From NCBI GenBank assembly GCA_020184695.1, contig JAANOX010000029.1, positions 62,001 to 126,000 of the forward strand: DNA of 64,000 bases. Reading direction: 5' to 3'. Under the pieces are notes generated by a model, which worked only from the letters and a program-made list of their open reading frames with translations, made no database searches and had not been told where the DNA came from. Source of the stretch: Histomonas meleagridis 2922-C6/04-290x. Lineage: Eukaryota; Protista; Parabasalia. This document shows, piece after piece, positions 44,084-55,661 of the stretch. Numbering within the stretch: the stretch's first letter is position 1; each line of letters opens with the position of its first letter. Made by a program: the position numbers and the translations under genes.

Positions 44084-47000
44084 TTATTTATATTTACTCT
44101 TCTTCCCAAACACCTTTGACCGCGCGAGCTCGAGTTCGTTCGCCACTTTCTCTTCGGGCTGCGGCCTTGCGGGCGCATTCACCTTCCTCAGCTGCGGCGT
44201 TCCGGACGCGAGTTTCCTCATCAGCTCGTCGAGCACTCCGCGCTGCGTGTCGCCTCCGCCCATTGTCGGATGTCCAATTGCGCCGCGCGCTTTCATTTTC
44301 TGTTCCATTTCGCGCGCTCGAATGTTGAAATCTTTTGCCCTCACTAAGTCTTCTGTTAACTTTACGAATAGTCCTATAAATTCCGACATTTTCATTGAAT
44401 TCGAATCTTCGCCATATAATTTCGATACTTTGGAATACTTCATATTCACTTTCTTTAGCTTCTCACCAACAAATGAGATGCGATTAGTTCGTTGCCCTTC
44501 CATAAATTTTTGATATTGAGGGAAAAGAAGGCAGCCGTTTATTGCTTTCTTTTCTGCTTCAAACATAACTTTTTGAATGGATTGAATGGACTCTTTAACT
44601 TTTTGATAACTTTGGCGAATTGAATCCAAATCGATCGTCAGGCAGATTTTCAGCGGTTGCATTTCACTTGACATTTCATCAACGTTGATTTTGTCTGCTA
44701 AATAATTCAAAAGTGTGTATTGACGCCTTTGCGTTCGAACATCATTTAGCTTATTAAGGAAATCAATCTTAAAGCCATACGCACCTCCACGAGGTGTTCC
44801 ACCATTAACGAAATTACCAATTCGTAATATAATTGTAAATAACTTACGAATTGAAGATGAATTCTTAATTAACTTAAGGCCTTCCATTAGTGTACCAAGT
44901 GGTGATTCGATTTCATACATTTGGGTTTCAAATACAGTTTTAAGATAAATAAACTCGATATGTTGCTCCATAAGAGGTATCTGCGATAACCCATCGAATA
45001 GTTGCTCTGGTTTATCAAGCTGTGAAGTTTCTCCTGAATAAGATTGCAACATTTGGATTTCTTCTGGTGTTGGTTTGTTCTTACGAAGTGCTGTTGCTTC
45101 ATCTTCTGTGAAAGTTCCAGAAAGTGTTTTGATTTGTTTAACAATTTCTGGAATAGGTTTTTTGATTCTTGACAACATAATTGAAATGGTTTTGCTTCTA
45201 TTTGGATCCAATAATTCAACAACTTTCGGCGCTGCAGCAACTTGTGTCGCTACTTTTGCAACAGGTTCTGTTTGAGCAAATAATTCGCAGATTTCATCTT
45301 CATTGATATCGACTTTACTATCATCAACATTAATCCAAACTGTTTCTTGTGATAAATCATCTGGAATTCTTGCCCAAAATATTGGCTTTAATTTCTTTGG
45401 TGGTGGAAGATTCTTTTTCTTAGGAACACTAGATTTAGGAGGAACTGGCGGAGGTGGTGGTGGTGGCGGAGGAGGAGGAGGAAGAGGAGCATTGTTTTCT
45501 TCTTTTTCTTTTATTTTTTCAACTTTCTTTGAGCATTTGGGTGAATTTCCCTCGCTTAAAGTCACTTTTAGCTGCGGTTGTGAAGCGGTTTTTCCCAAAT
45601 TTCCCAATTGAATTCTGTCTTTTTCAATACCATCAGCGTTATTTCCTGTCAATTTGTTTCTCAAATTTTCGTTAATTTTTTTGAGATTTAATATTTCATG
45701 TTCTTGTTGTTCTATCTTTAGTTTTAGGTCCTGATACACTTCCGAGTCAATGTTTATGTTATTTTTTGATTTTCCTTTTAATTGCTTAATGATATCATCT
45801 TTTTTCTCAATTTCCTTTAATAACATTTCTAACTCAGAAGGAAGTGCCTTATCGATACCCAGTGCTTTCTTTAAGTTTTTGTAGTCCTTTTCTTTTTCGC
45901 TTAGTTTTGTTTTCGTATCTGCAAATTGTACAGTCAGCCGTTCTATCTCTGCATCCTTTTGTCTTAGCCTTTCCTTGAGCTCTTTTTCTTTTGTTGTTAA
46001 TTGCATATCTTTGAAGAACGTTAACTCCGCTTTTTTCATAATTATATCTGTTTTTAGTCTTTTGATTTCTTTATCTTTTTCGGTGGCTTCGGAGTTACTT
46101 ATTGGCTTAGGTACTAGGTTTGACGGATTACCTTGCAATAATGTGATATAAGGTTCGATTTTCTGATATTTAACTTTATATTCATCGAATTCTTTCTTTA
46201 TGTTTTTTGCTTTTCTTTCTTCTTGATCTTTTTTCTCTTTCATGTACTGGTACATTGATTTTATAGATTCCATTTGCGTCATTGCATCTTTTAATTTGAT
46301 CTCGAAGTCTTTGATTATGGATGAATAAATGTTTTCGTTGCCTTTAATTTCTTCTTTTTCATTCATGTTCGATTCAATTAATTCTAAAAATGAAATATTT
46401 GTAAGTTCTGACATTGGATAAAACATTGTGGTTTCCCCAATGTAATTCGAAGTTGGACTCTTTGGTGTTATGTTCAATGTAATTGGCTTTTTACATCGAG
46501 TCGCATAAAATGATGCATATGATAATGGCATTTCTTCTCCAGATTGAAATTTAACTCTTAGTATCGCCAAGAGATTATAAATGTATACAGAAAGATCACG
46601 AAATGCTTTAATGTTAAATTGTGTAATTTCGATAAGTGATATTAAGATACATAATATTAAAGGAGAAGGCTTGCTTAGGTGGCATATTTCACTAATGATA
46701 ATTTTGGGGTCAAAAATATTAAGTTGTTTTTGTGGGAATATCGAATTAAGATATTTCATTTCTTCTTCAAGTGAAATTGTTACATCTAACGTAGGATGGA
46801 TGGCTTTAAGGGTGCTAAAGAAATCAGATTTCTTAAACTTGAAAAGTAATTCATAATGAATTCTTGGATTATCTTTTGTGGAATACCAGAGACCGTTAAG
46901 GAAGGCAAGCATAACGTTCGCCAGATTGGAGGTTTTGTCAAGAAATTGAGAGAAAAGTGACCAGTCATCAACTTGGAGCTCTTGAACAATTATTTTCGAG

Positions 47001-47626
47001 GATTTGCGGTCATTCTCGCCACTATACAAGAAAGCTAAAAGAATTTGGAGTACAATTTCAATGGTTTTGGGTGATTGTGGTAGATAAGAATGAACAAGTG
47101 TTGGTAAGAATGAGATTTGTAGTGCCATTGCTTTACTTCCATCACTAATGTTACATATGTGTCTAACACATAGGAGAGCATTAGTAAGGATAACAGGATC
47201 ATAATTGGATTTAAGTTTAATATCAACCATAATTTTAGATATTATATTCAGTAATTCTTTGTGCCCATCTTGCTCAATAAATCTCATGCACCATGAAATA
47301 CGACCAGATTTGAGATTGACTTGAATGTTTTCAAGGATTTTGTTGGTGACTTCTGATCTTAACTTATTTAATAGATATTCTGGATCAGGAGTTTCAGCAT
47401 CTGTTTTTTGTTGTGCCTTGATAAGATTCCACTTAAACTCAGCAGGCTTTTGAAGAAGTGGTTTTCGTTTTTCGATGTTCAAATCTTGATCATTCATTAA
47501 TTGGATAAAAATCTCATCAATCTTTGCTGAATCTAAGGGCATTTTGTCAGGAATGGAACTGACCTTGAAAGGAATAAAAATGTCATTTTTCTTTCCTTTT
47601 TGTTTCTTTGTTTTATCTTTTCCCAT
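44084..47626 (-). CDS. Diaphanous-related formin (GBD/FH3, coiled coil, FH1, FH2, DAD/WH2-like tail)
   Basis: FH1 poly-Pro, KLKPIFWARI, LLDPNRSKTISIML, ILRIGNFVNG, AYGFKIDFLNKLNDVR, TLLNY, and RGVLDELMRKLASG. Confidence 0.95.
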   Translation of the reverse strand: MGKDKTKKQKGKKNDIFIPFKVSSIPDKMPLDSAKIDEIFIQLMNDQDLNIEKRKPLLQKPAEFKWNLIKAQQKTDAETPDPEYLLNKLRSEVTNKILENIQVNLKSGRISWCMRFIEQDGHKELLNIISKIMVDIKLKSNYDPVILTNALLCVRHICNISDGSKAMALQISFLPTLVHSYLPQSPKTIEIVLQILLAFLYSGENDRKSSKIIVQELQVDDWSLFSQFLDKTSNLANVMLAFLNGLWYSTKDNPRIHYELLFKFKKSDFFSTLKAIHPTLDVTISLEEEMKYLNSIFPQKQLNIFDPKIIISEICHLSKPSPLILCILISLIEITQFNIKAFRDLSVYIYNLLAILRVKFQSGEEMPLSYASFYATRCKKPITLNITPKSPTSNYIGETTMFYPMSELTNISFLELIESNMNEKEEIKGNENIYSSIIKDFEIKLKDAMTQMESIKSMYQYMKEKKDQEERKAKNIKKEFDEYKVKYQKIEPYITLLQGNPSNLVPKPISNSEATEKDKEIKRLKTDIIMKKAELTFFKDMQLTTKEKELKERLRQKDAEIERLTVQFADTKTKLSEKEKDYKNLKKALGIDKALPSELEMLLKEIEKKDDIIKQLKGKSKNNINIDSEVYQDLKLKIEQQEHEILNLKKINENLRNKLTGNNADGIEKDRIQLGNLGKTASQPQLKVTLSEGNSPKCSKKVEKIKEKEENNAPLPPPPPPPPPPPPVPPKSSVPKKKNLPPPKKLKPIFWARIPDDLSQETVWINVDDSKVDINEDEICELFAQTEPVAKVATQVAAAPKVVELLDPNRSKTISIMLSRIKKPIPEIVKQIKTLSGTFTEDEATALRKNKPTPEEIQMLQSYSGETSQLDKPEQLFDGLSQIPLMEQHIEFIYLKTVFETQMYEIESPLGTLMEGLKLIKNSSSIRKLFTIILRIGNFVNGGTPRGGAYGFKIDFLNKLNDVRTQRRQYTLLNYLADKINVDEMSSEMQPLKICLTIDLDSIRQSYQKVKESIQSIQKVMFEAEKKAINGCLLFPQYQKFMEGQRTNRISFVGEKLKKVNMKYSKVSKLYGEDSNSMKMSEFIGLFVKLTEDLVRAKDFNIRAREMEQKMKARGAIGHPTMGGGDTQRGVLDELMRKLASGTPQLRKVNAPARPQPEEKVANELELARSKVFGKKSKYK

Positions 47627-48090
47627 TTTGATGTTTGAGAAAAGAAAATTTTTTTAACGTTCCAAACTAGCCGCTGACTAAAAGTAATCCATAGAAATTA
47701 TTGTGAGCCAATCAAAAAATAAAAAATAAATTATAGAATATCATCAAAAAGTTAAAATTGTCAAAAATATTTTTCAGTGAAAAATTTGTGTTGTGAAGTG
47801 AAGTACAGTAATTTTATCAACCTTATAAAATCAATTTTTTTTTAAATAAAAACCATGTTGTGAAAAAATTCCTCATTTATAATCACTCATTATTTTTTGA
47901 TAAGCATAAGAATGAATTTTTTTTTTATTTTTTGAATCCATTAATATGTTCTCTTTGGATAACAATGACGTCGTTTCGTCTTTGATAAAACACATAATAA
48001 AACAAATCAGATTAACGTGCAAAAAAGACGTTGAACCTTTTATCATTCGAAATATTATATGCATATTAAAAATTTTGATTTACTGAGATG

Positions 48091-49892
48091 TTATTCCGAA
48101 TTAGAACACCCTGTATCTATTTCTCTTTCTCTTCAATCATTTTAACTTTTTCCATAATTCCTTTCTCAGATGCTATCATAAGTACAGTTTGAAATATTAT
48201 AAATTATTTCCAAATATTATATTGGAATCCAAAATCATTAAAATTAACTTGAAATATAACAAATGAATATCTTCAGCATTAACATCAATTCCTTCTTGTT
48301 CAAGAAGTAATTTAACGATTTCTATATAACCATTTTCAGCTGCAATTATAAATGCTGTTTGAAATAATATAAAAAATTCATAAATATTGTATAGATATAC
48401 CAAATTATTAAAATAAATATAAAATAAAACAAATAAATACCTTTATCATTAATGTTAATTCCTTTTTGCTCAAGAAGTAATTTAACTATTTCTAATTGAC
48501 CTTTTTGAGATGCATACATAAGTGCACCTCGAAATAATTAAAATAATTCCAATTTATTACTTTGAAATCCAAAATTATTGTGATAAATTCCAATTAAATT
48601 AAATAAATATCTTTAGCATTAATATCAATTCCTTCTTGTTCAAGAAGTAATTTAACGATTTCTATATAACCATTTTCAGATGCTAATGTAAGTGCTGTTC
48701 GGAATAATGAAAATATTTTTTAAATATTATTTTTAAAAATAAAATTATTAAAATAAATTTTAAATAAAACAAATAAATATCTTTAGCATTAACATCAATT
48801 CCTTTCTCAAGAATATATTTAAATAATTCAATATTTCCTGATTTTGAAGAAGACACTAAAATATCATTTGGGATTTGATTATTTAGAAGAAACATTTTAA
48901 CAAGATATACATTTCCAATTTTTGCTGTTCATTAATAATGGAAGCTTTAATTGCATATCCTTTCTCTTCTAAATACGAAAGAATTTTATAATTTTCGTAA
49001 TCAACACATATACACATTAATCCATCAATAATACTTTCATTTAAATCTGCTTCTAATTTATTTTCATAAATATATTTAAAGATATCATTGCGATGGAATT
49101 TAATTGCAGTTTCACATGCTTGGTAAAATGATGCATGATTTTGTTCACATAAATGAATAATTTCTTCATTTCCACCTGCAACTGCATATTTACCTGTTTT
49201 TTCGATATTTGCACCATTCATAAGTAAATATCTAAAACATTTTACTGCAGAAAAAAATGCTGCATAATCAATTAATGTAACATTTTCATAGATAAATGAA
49301 CACCTTTCATAAAGTGATGGATTAATTTTTTGATTAAAATCGAAGTTTTCTTGTGATGATATTTCTTGAAGTTTTTCGATTTCATAATTTCGAATTATTT
49401 TCGCAATTTCATTTGGATTAACTCCTTCTTTAACATATTTTTTGTGAAGTTACCAATCATTTGCTAAGAGTTCATCATAATTTTCAATAAAATTATTTTC
49501 TGCTTGATCAGTAAGACGATATTGTTCTTGAGACTTTTCCTATGATCGAAATAATGTGCGTATAATCATATGATTGATAACATCTTCATCAATTAAATAA
49601 TTTGTTTCATTATTGCAATTTGTAATATATAATATGCAAAAATTTTAATGATATTGGGATAATTTTTGTCTATTTCTTCTTCCTTAATTCTAATCAAATC
49701 TAAAAAGTTTAAGTACGAATTGCTTCCACTCTTTTGAGCGAAAAATGCAGAATAAACAAAATTACATATTACAAAATTAAAAGAATATGGGAAATTTAAA
49801 TCGAATAATTTTATTGTTTGTTGAGCTGATTCTTTGAAATTTTTTTCGGTCAAGTCAAATATAATTTGATTTAGCTCTGCTAATAACTCCAT
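48091..49892 (-). pseudogene. DUF3447 + ankyrin pseudogene (locus B)
   Basis: Homologous to loci A and C throughout. In-frame TAG/TAA and frameshifts occur in the N-terminal part; four ankyrin cores follow at the 3' end. Confidence 0.85.
48189..48778 (-). repeat. Ankyrin core / AT-rich insert array, locus B
   Basis: Inserts 48699-48778, 48529-48608, 48359-48438 and 48189-48268 (all 80 nt); three internal cores of 90 nt. Confidence 0.9.
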
Positions 49893-49976
49893 TTGTTGAT
49901 TGCCTAAATGAGGTCAACTTCCGAAATATTTCGACAGCAACTAAGGAAATTGCAAACCTTATTAATATTCAAATAT

Positions 49977-50315
49977 CTATGAAGGAATTCCATCATTTGC
50001 TAAATTTGAAAAATATTGGTTATCTTTAGAGACATTCACATATAAAAGGTTCGCACATTCCACAAAAGGATTAACGTCAATCGAAGTCACCGAAGTATGA
50101 ATTGTTACAGATCCACTTATTTCAGCATATTTTAAGATATCCCAATTATTGAAAACACTTGATGGTATCGAAGTTACTTCATTAACAATTAAATTTATAG
50201 TTTCTGCTTTGTAATCTTGTGTGAAATCTACAGAATTAGAAATAATAAGAGTCCCGTTGTTAAATTCTTGATATGAACAAGCAAAAAAGAAAGCAAAAAG
50301 AATAAAAATTGATTT
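49977..50315 (-). pseudogene. BspA-like N-terminal fragment without a start codon
   Basis: Open frame FILFAFFFACSYQEFNNGTLII..VTSIPSSVFNNW..SVTSIDVNPFVECANLLYVNVSKDNQYFS..NDGI, then a stop. Confidence 0.65.
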
Positions 50316-52407
50316 GCTAATAATTTTTTTTTGGGAAAAAAATTCTTTTTTCTTTTAGATAAGTTAATGATATTTTAAATATAGATCAGGATCGAAACAT
50401 AAAAAAGTGTGTGTATTTTGTTTATTGGGATAATGTTCAAGATAAATAAATGATATTTTGATAAAATTTAAAATGAATTGTTTGAAAATCTGTTGTTTGG
50501 TAAGTATGAATAATAGCAAAGTAACAACTAAAAGCAATAAAAACAAATAAGATATGAAATAGATTCTGTTTGTTTGATAGATAGGATGGATAATTTACCA
50601 TCGATTGCGAGTAAACAACAGAAATTTGAAATGTTCAAGCAAAGAAACAGTAAGTTACTTAAAAATGATTTTTTTGAAGTTATTAGATAATACTGAAATT
50701 AAAGATGAAAATATATTTATGAATGTATTTCCTGAAATATTTAAATATTTATTCTTTATATCAAATTATGATCAAAATTATCAAAATAATGATTTATATC
50801 AAAGACATGGTATTCAAAATCGAATATTTTTAGTTAAACGATTTGATAAGTGATTTTACTTTATTAGAATTTATTAATGATATATCTAATAATAATACGA
50901 ATTTTGAATAATTCTTTTCATTATCATTGCGAACATCAAATTTTAATATTAGATTTAATAAACAAAAAGTTATTGAAGAACCTATTTTTGAAATTAATGG
51001 AATTACATCAAGTGAATAATTACAATCGATATTTATTTTAACAGTTCTATTACAAACACAAATGATGTAAAACTTTATTAAATATGTACTACGATAAATA
51101 ATTTATTTAATAATGAAATTATATTCAATAAAACATCTTTTTCTAAATATAATAATATTTTAATTTCTACCATTAAACAACAACATTTATAAAATTTACA
51201 TAATCAAGAATATATCCAAAAGATATATAAAGATTTATTACAAGAATTAGAAATTAATTATTCATTAAATATTCATATTAATAAAGAACAAGATAGGAAA
51301 TTATTACAATAATTTGGTTTATATATTATATTGATTAATCAATAATTTTGTATTAATTTATTTTTTATCCTTTTTTCGGAAACAACATAATAAACTTAAA
51401 GTTCAAGTAGTATTATTTTCCGGATCAACAAGAAATTTTAAAATTTATTATATACATGGAGATATTTCATGAAAAACAAAAAACACTCTAACTTATAAAA
51501 AAAATTCTCGATGAAAATTATCAAACCTTTACCATATATATGGGAATATACTTACATAGCTATGAACATTTTTTTTACAGTGCCTGCCACGAAAATTAGA
51601 ACATTGGAAGCAAAAAATTGTCCACTTTTTAACTAAAAAAAAGATTTGATCGTCTTTTTGGCTTTAAAGCTGTCCGTTGATGGCCGGCACTGTAAGATTT
51701 CCGATTTACGTATCGGAGAAAACTCATTTATTTGTAAATTTGAAACAGGCGACAATAAAATTGGCCCACACATCTCTTAGCAAATTTAAATTCATAATTT
51801 GCATACAATGTATGTAGAAAAAATTCATATACAAGGAATCGTAACATAAAAGTTGAAAATTGTTATTTCAATAACGATATGTGTAAAATATATAATATTG
51901 TGAGCTGTAAAATATTTTTTTAATTATAATTATAACTCAACAAAAATATTGAATCGAATTTATTCACAACATATATTAAAATGTCCAACACATATTCTAT
52001 ATATAAATATTATAATGATATCTAAATAATATCTTTAAAAGGAAAGATATTTTCATTTTGTCAAAAAATGTAAAAAATAAACGTACTTGTCGCCCGTTCT
52101 GTCAATTTACATAACAAAAATAATCAACAAATTTGTTATAATATATCAATATTGTCCATCAGAATTTTTTTGAGACTTGGAGTAATCAATTTACAGTATA
52201 GCCCATGTAGTCAAAAAAGTATTGACTGTCGGTATTTTAATTTTCTCCACCTATGTTTTATTCTTATAAATAGGTAAAGAAAAAAAGCCGTTATCAACGA
52301 TAAGATAACTGCCGATTCAAACACTTTTGGACAACATTCAATTCAGAACCGTTGCTATGAAAATTCGATCGCTCATTCAAAAATGATTTGGTTTGAAGGT
52401 TGCTTCA

Positions 52408-54549
52408 ATGGTTTTTATGACTCTCTTTTTCCTTGTTCATGCACTCTCAGAACCACTTACATTTACATCTAGGGCAACTTGTAATTCATCATATGCATAT
52501 AACAGAGGAGGAACATATCTTTCTTGGACGAATCTGTCAGAGAGTAATGTGTATTACAAAGTTTTTCAAAGCAAAGGTAATCTCAATAATGAATGGACCA
52601 ACTGGGGACAAATTAGCACTTATATAAAAGGGACTTTTATAAATGTTTTAAATGTTTACCCAAGTCAAATTGATGGTTACAATGGTCAAACAAATTTATA
52701 TACAGGCGACTATAACACATCTTTAGTTAATTTCACATTTGGTAATGATTTTACACAGTATTCGTTGCCTTCATCAGCTGCCCTTAAGGCTATATTAGAA
52801 GGTGGCACTATGTCAACAAAAAACAGCACCACAATCTTCAATCCAAATGGAGTTGATCCAAGAACAGGCGAACAAGTAATTTATGTCACACCAATTTCAA
52901 TAAATGATTTTGAATCTAATATTTCAGTAGAACCAAATTTCATATATGACTATGATGTGATTTTCTTTGGTTCAGCGAAGTATAGTTCTGGTTATAATAT
53001 TCTTACAACAACAGCCACAAATGTTATTGCTGAATATATAAAAAAAGGGTATGGTGTATTTACTGGATATGATTCCATTGATGATAATTTTTATATCAAA
53101 AGTAATGCTCAAAGCCTGCTTGCAATTCGGGACCTTTTTGGAATTAAAGTATCAGGAGCTGATTCAACTGTTAATGGCGGAAAACCATCTTATGTGGGAT
53201 ATATTACGAACAATGCAAAAGTTATACAAGATGGATTACTTATGAACTACCCATATAAAATTGGTTCAAAAGGATCAACTATATATTTGAATTCTATATC
53301 TGCATCTGGTGCATCTACAGGAGATGTTTGGGCATTATTCGGTAATACAGAAAGAGACGAATTCGGACTTCTTCATGGTTATTACTTAACAACAAATAAT
53401 AATACGGCAGTGATTCAATCAGGTTTAAGTAATTCAATGCCAATAGAAGGTCAAATTATTGCAAATACAATATTTTATTTAAAGCAAAGGACTTATGATA
53501 ATTTTATTGAGGATCATTCAGCACAAGATTTTGAGCCACCAGTAGTTAATATTTCTTATAATGAAGAAGAATATACAGTTATGATCAAAGGAACTGATGT
53601 TGGATCATTGTATAAATATAAAGTTGAAGCATACTCAAGGAATAATGATGATTTAATCGCTTCAACGGCTGAGGTTGAAGTTGAAGTATCTTCAGGAATC
53701 AAAATGTATAAATATAAAATAACTCCAAATAATAGTTCTACCTCAAGTGAATTATTATCTCAAACAAAAAATAATTTTATCAAATTAACAAAAGAACAAA
53801 TACAAAACGGAAACTATGTACACGTTGCGGCTGTAGATAATGCAGGAAACATTGGTGAAATTGCAAGTATCAAAATACCAATTCCAGAGCCAACCAAATC
53901 ATTTACTAAATCCAATACTTTTTCTAAATCAAATTCATTTACTGAATCGAATGTTTTCACTAAGTCAAATTCATTTACTGAATCGAATACTTTTTCTAAA
54001 TCAAATTCATTATTTACTGAATCGAATACTTTTTCTAAATCAAGTACAACAAATAAATCAAATACATTTAATCAATATGACAACAGTTTATCACATACTT
54101 TTGTTTCGATTCATTCTATTTCATTTACTCAAACAATAATTCTTTACTCATATATATCAAAGACTCAAATGAAATATTCCGGTCTCAGTTACGTTTATGT
54201 CGATTCTATATATTATAAATACACTGTTATAATTTATTCCAAATATTTTGTTTTTTATTCTAATTATTTCACACTTTTTGCACAAAATGATGGAGATAAT
54301 AGCAAAACGAACATTGCTATTGCAATAAGTATTCCAATTGCAGTGATAATAATAATAATTTGTGGTATATTGATAATGTTTATTATTATACGTAGACATA
54401 AGCAAAATAAATCAAGTAAAGAAAATAGTGAAATTATTGTTCCTACAGCAGGAACATCAGAAAACTTTTCATTAAATGACAAACCAATGATTATTGAAGA
54501 AGATCCATTTGCTCAAGATTTTATGGAAGATAACCATATATTAATATGA
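52408..54549 (+). CDS. Type I membrane surface protein with a bacterial-like (DUF5057-type) ectodomain
   Basis: Signal peptide; domain INVLNVYP..YDVIFFG..LLMNYPYKIG..YYLTTNNNTAVIQSG..IANTIFYL..EDHSAQD; S/T stalk; TM at about aa 645-670; tail ending EEDPFAQDF. An Inr-adjacent ATG at 52383 is one base out of frame. Confidence 0.8.
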   Translation: MVFMTLFFLVHALSEPLTFTSRATCNSSYAYNRGGTYLSWTNLSESNVYYKVFQSKGNLNNEWTNWGQISTYIKGTFINVLNVYPSQIDGYNGQTNLYTGDYNTSLVNFTFGNDFTQYSLPSSAALKAILEGGTMSTKNSTTIFNPNGVDPRTGEQVIYVTPISINDFESNISVEPNFIYDYDVIFFGSAKYSSGYNILTTTATNVIAEYIKKGYGVFTGYDSIDDNFYIKSNAQSLLAIRDLFGIKVSGADSTVNGGKPSYVGYITNNAKVIQDGLLMNYPYKIGSKGSTIYLNSISASGASTGDVWALFGNTERDEFGLLHGYYLTTNNNTAVIQSGLSNSMPIEGQIIANTIFYLKQRTYDNFIEDHSAQDFEPPVVNISYNEEEYTVMIKGTDVGSLYKYKVEAYSRNNDDLIASTAEVEVEVSSGIKMYKYKITPNNSSTSSELLSQTKNNFIKLTKEQIQNGNYVHVAAVDNAGNIGEIASIKIPIPEPTKSFTKSNTFSKSNSFTESNVFTKSNSFTESNTFSKSNSLFTESNTFSKSSTTNKSNTFNQYDNSLSHTFVSIHSISFTQTIILYSYISKTQMKYSGLSYVYVDSIYYKYTVIIYSKYFVFYSNYFTLFAQNDGDNSKTNIAIAISIPIAVIIIIICGILIMFIIIRRHKQNKSSKENSEIIVPTAGTSENFSLNDKPMIIEEDPFAQDFMEDNHILI
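53893..54065 (+). repeat. 18-nt (6-aa) Ser/Thr-rich stalk repeat
   Basis: FTKSNT/FSKSNS/FTESNV/FTKSNS/FTESNT.. typical of parabasalid surface-protein stalks. Confidence 0.85.
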
Positions 54550-55661
54550 AAATTAGATATTTTTTTTATCATATACGAACAAGGCTACAGCAGCTCTTAA
54601 ATACATCCTTCACAAAAGTGTTTGGCTGTAACATCTACTCTTGATATACAAAGCAAAAAACTTTTGTTGACTGAAAATGTAGTGATGGAAGTTGTTGTAA
54701 TTCTTCGCAAGACGTTTTTTGATTCGATATAAAATTGGGAATATGCCTCTATGTGTAATTTTAATAAATAGAAAAATTATTAAATATGTAAATGGTTGTG
54801 TATTTTCATGTGTGAAATGAAATTATAAACTTTCTATAGGAAATTGGTGAATGATCATTTTTTTTATTATAGAAAATTATAAACATTCATGTTTAAAGAC
54901 CATATAATTTTTAAAGGGAATACTCTGATTGGGGCAGCAAAAAAAGTTATCAAATTTGCTCAGCACTTTTTCAAAAAGAAAACCATATTTTTAATGCCAT
55001 CGCTATGTTAATTGTTTCAATTTATTCAAACTAAAACAAATTAAAGAAAGAAAACTTATTCCAATAATCGTTCTTCCTGATAATTCTGTAATGAATTATT
55101 TTAGTTTTTTTTTTTTTTAATATTTACCAAAGACTAGAGAATGTATAATTAAAATATCAAGTAGATGAGAATTTACCACCCAAACCGATTTTTTATTCGA
55201 TCTAATTTAATATATCATATTTTTTCTAATAATAATTTTAGCAGATATGTTTTTTATTAGACTCGAATGGATATGATCTAGAATGGAAAATGAATATAAT
55301 AAATGATAAAAATTTATTACATCTCCTGAAATTGAACAATTTTCATTTGGCCGCTATAAATTGTTCCCAATCCATTCACATAAAGATTTGGGCAAGATGG
55401 ATGCGTTTTGGTTGAATAATGAAATATTTTTTAATGAAAAACTTCAAGTATATGAGATAAATGATGAGCTGCCTTTGGGATGGCAGAAAGATAATAAAGT
55501 TTTAATGAATAATGAAAATTTAAGTATTCCAAATAAAATTAAATATGTGAATGGATTACATCATGAAGTTCATTCTATGTTTTTATTTATGATAATTTTA
55601 TATAAAAATTCATATCACATGACCATTAAAATTTTTTTCAGTGTTATTTAATAGCAGTGGA

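Noticed and set aside
50600-51300. Extremely AT-rich stretch with FLINKY-rich mini-ORFs (similar stretches at 10600-11500 and 34560-34860)
   Set aside because: Compositionally expected from AT-rich DNA; possibly old relics but not assignable.
55270-55651. 96-aa ORF upstream of ankyrin locus C
   Set aside because: Looks like a decayed coding fragment with a non-ATG start, and no family could be recognised.
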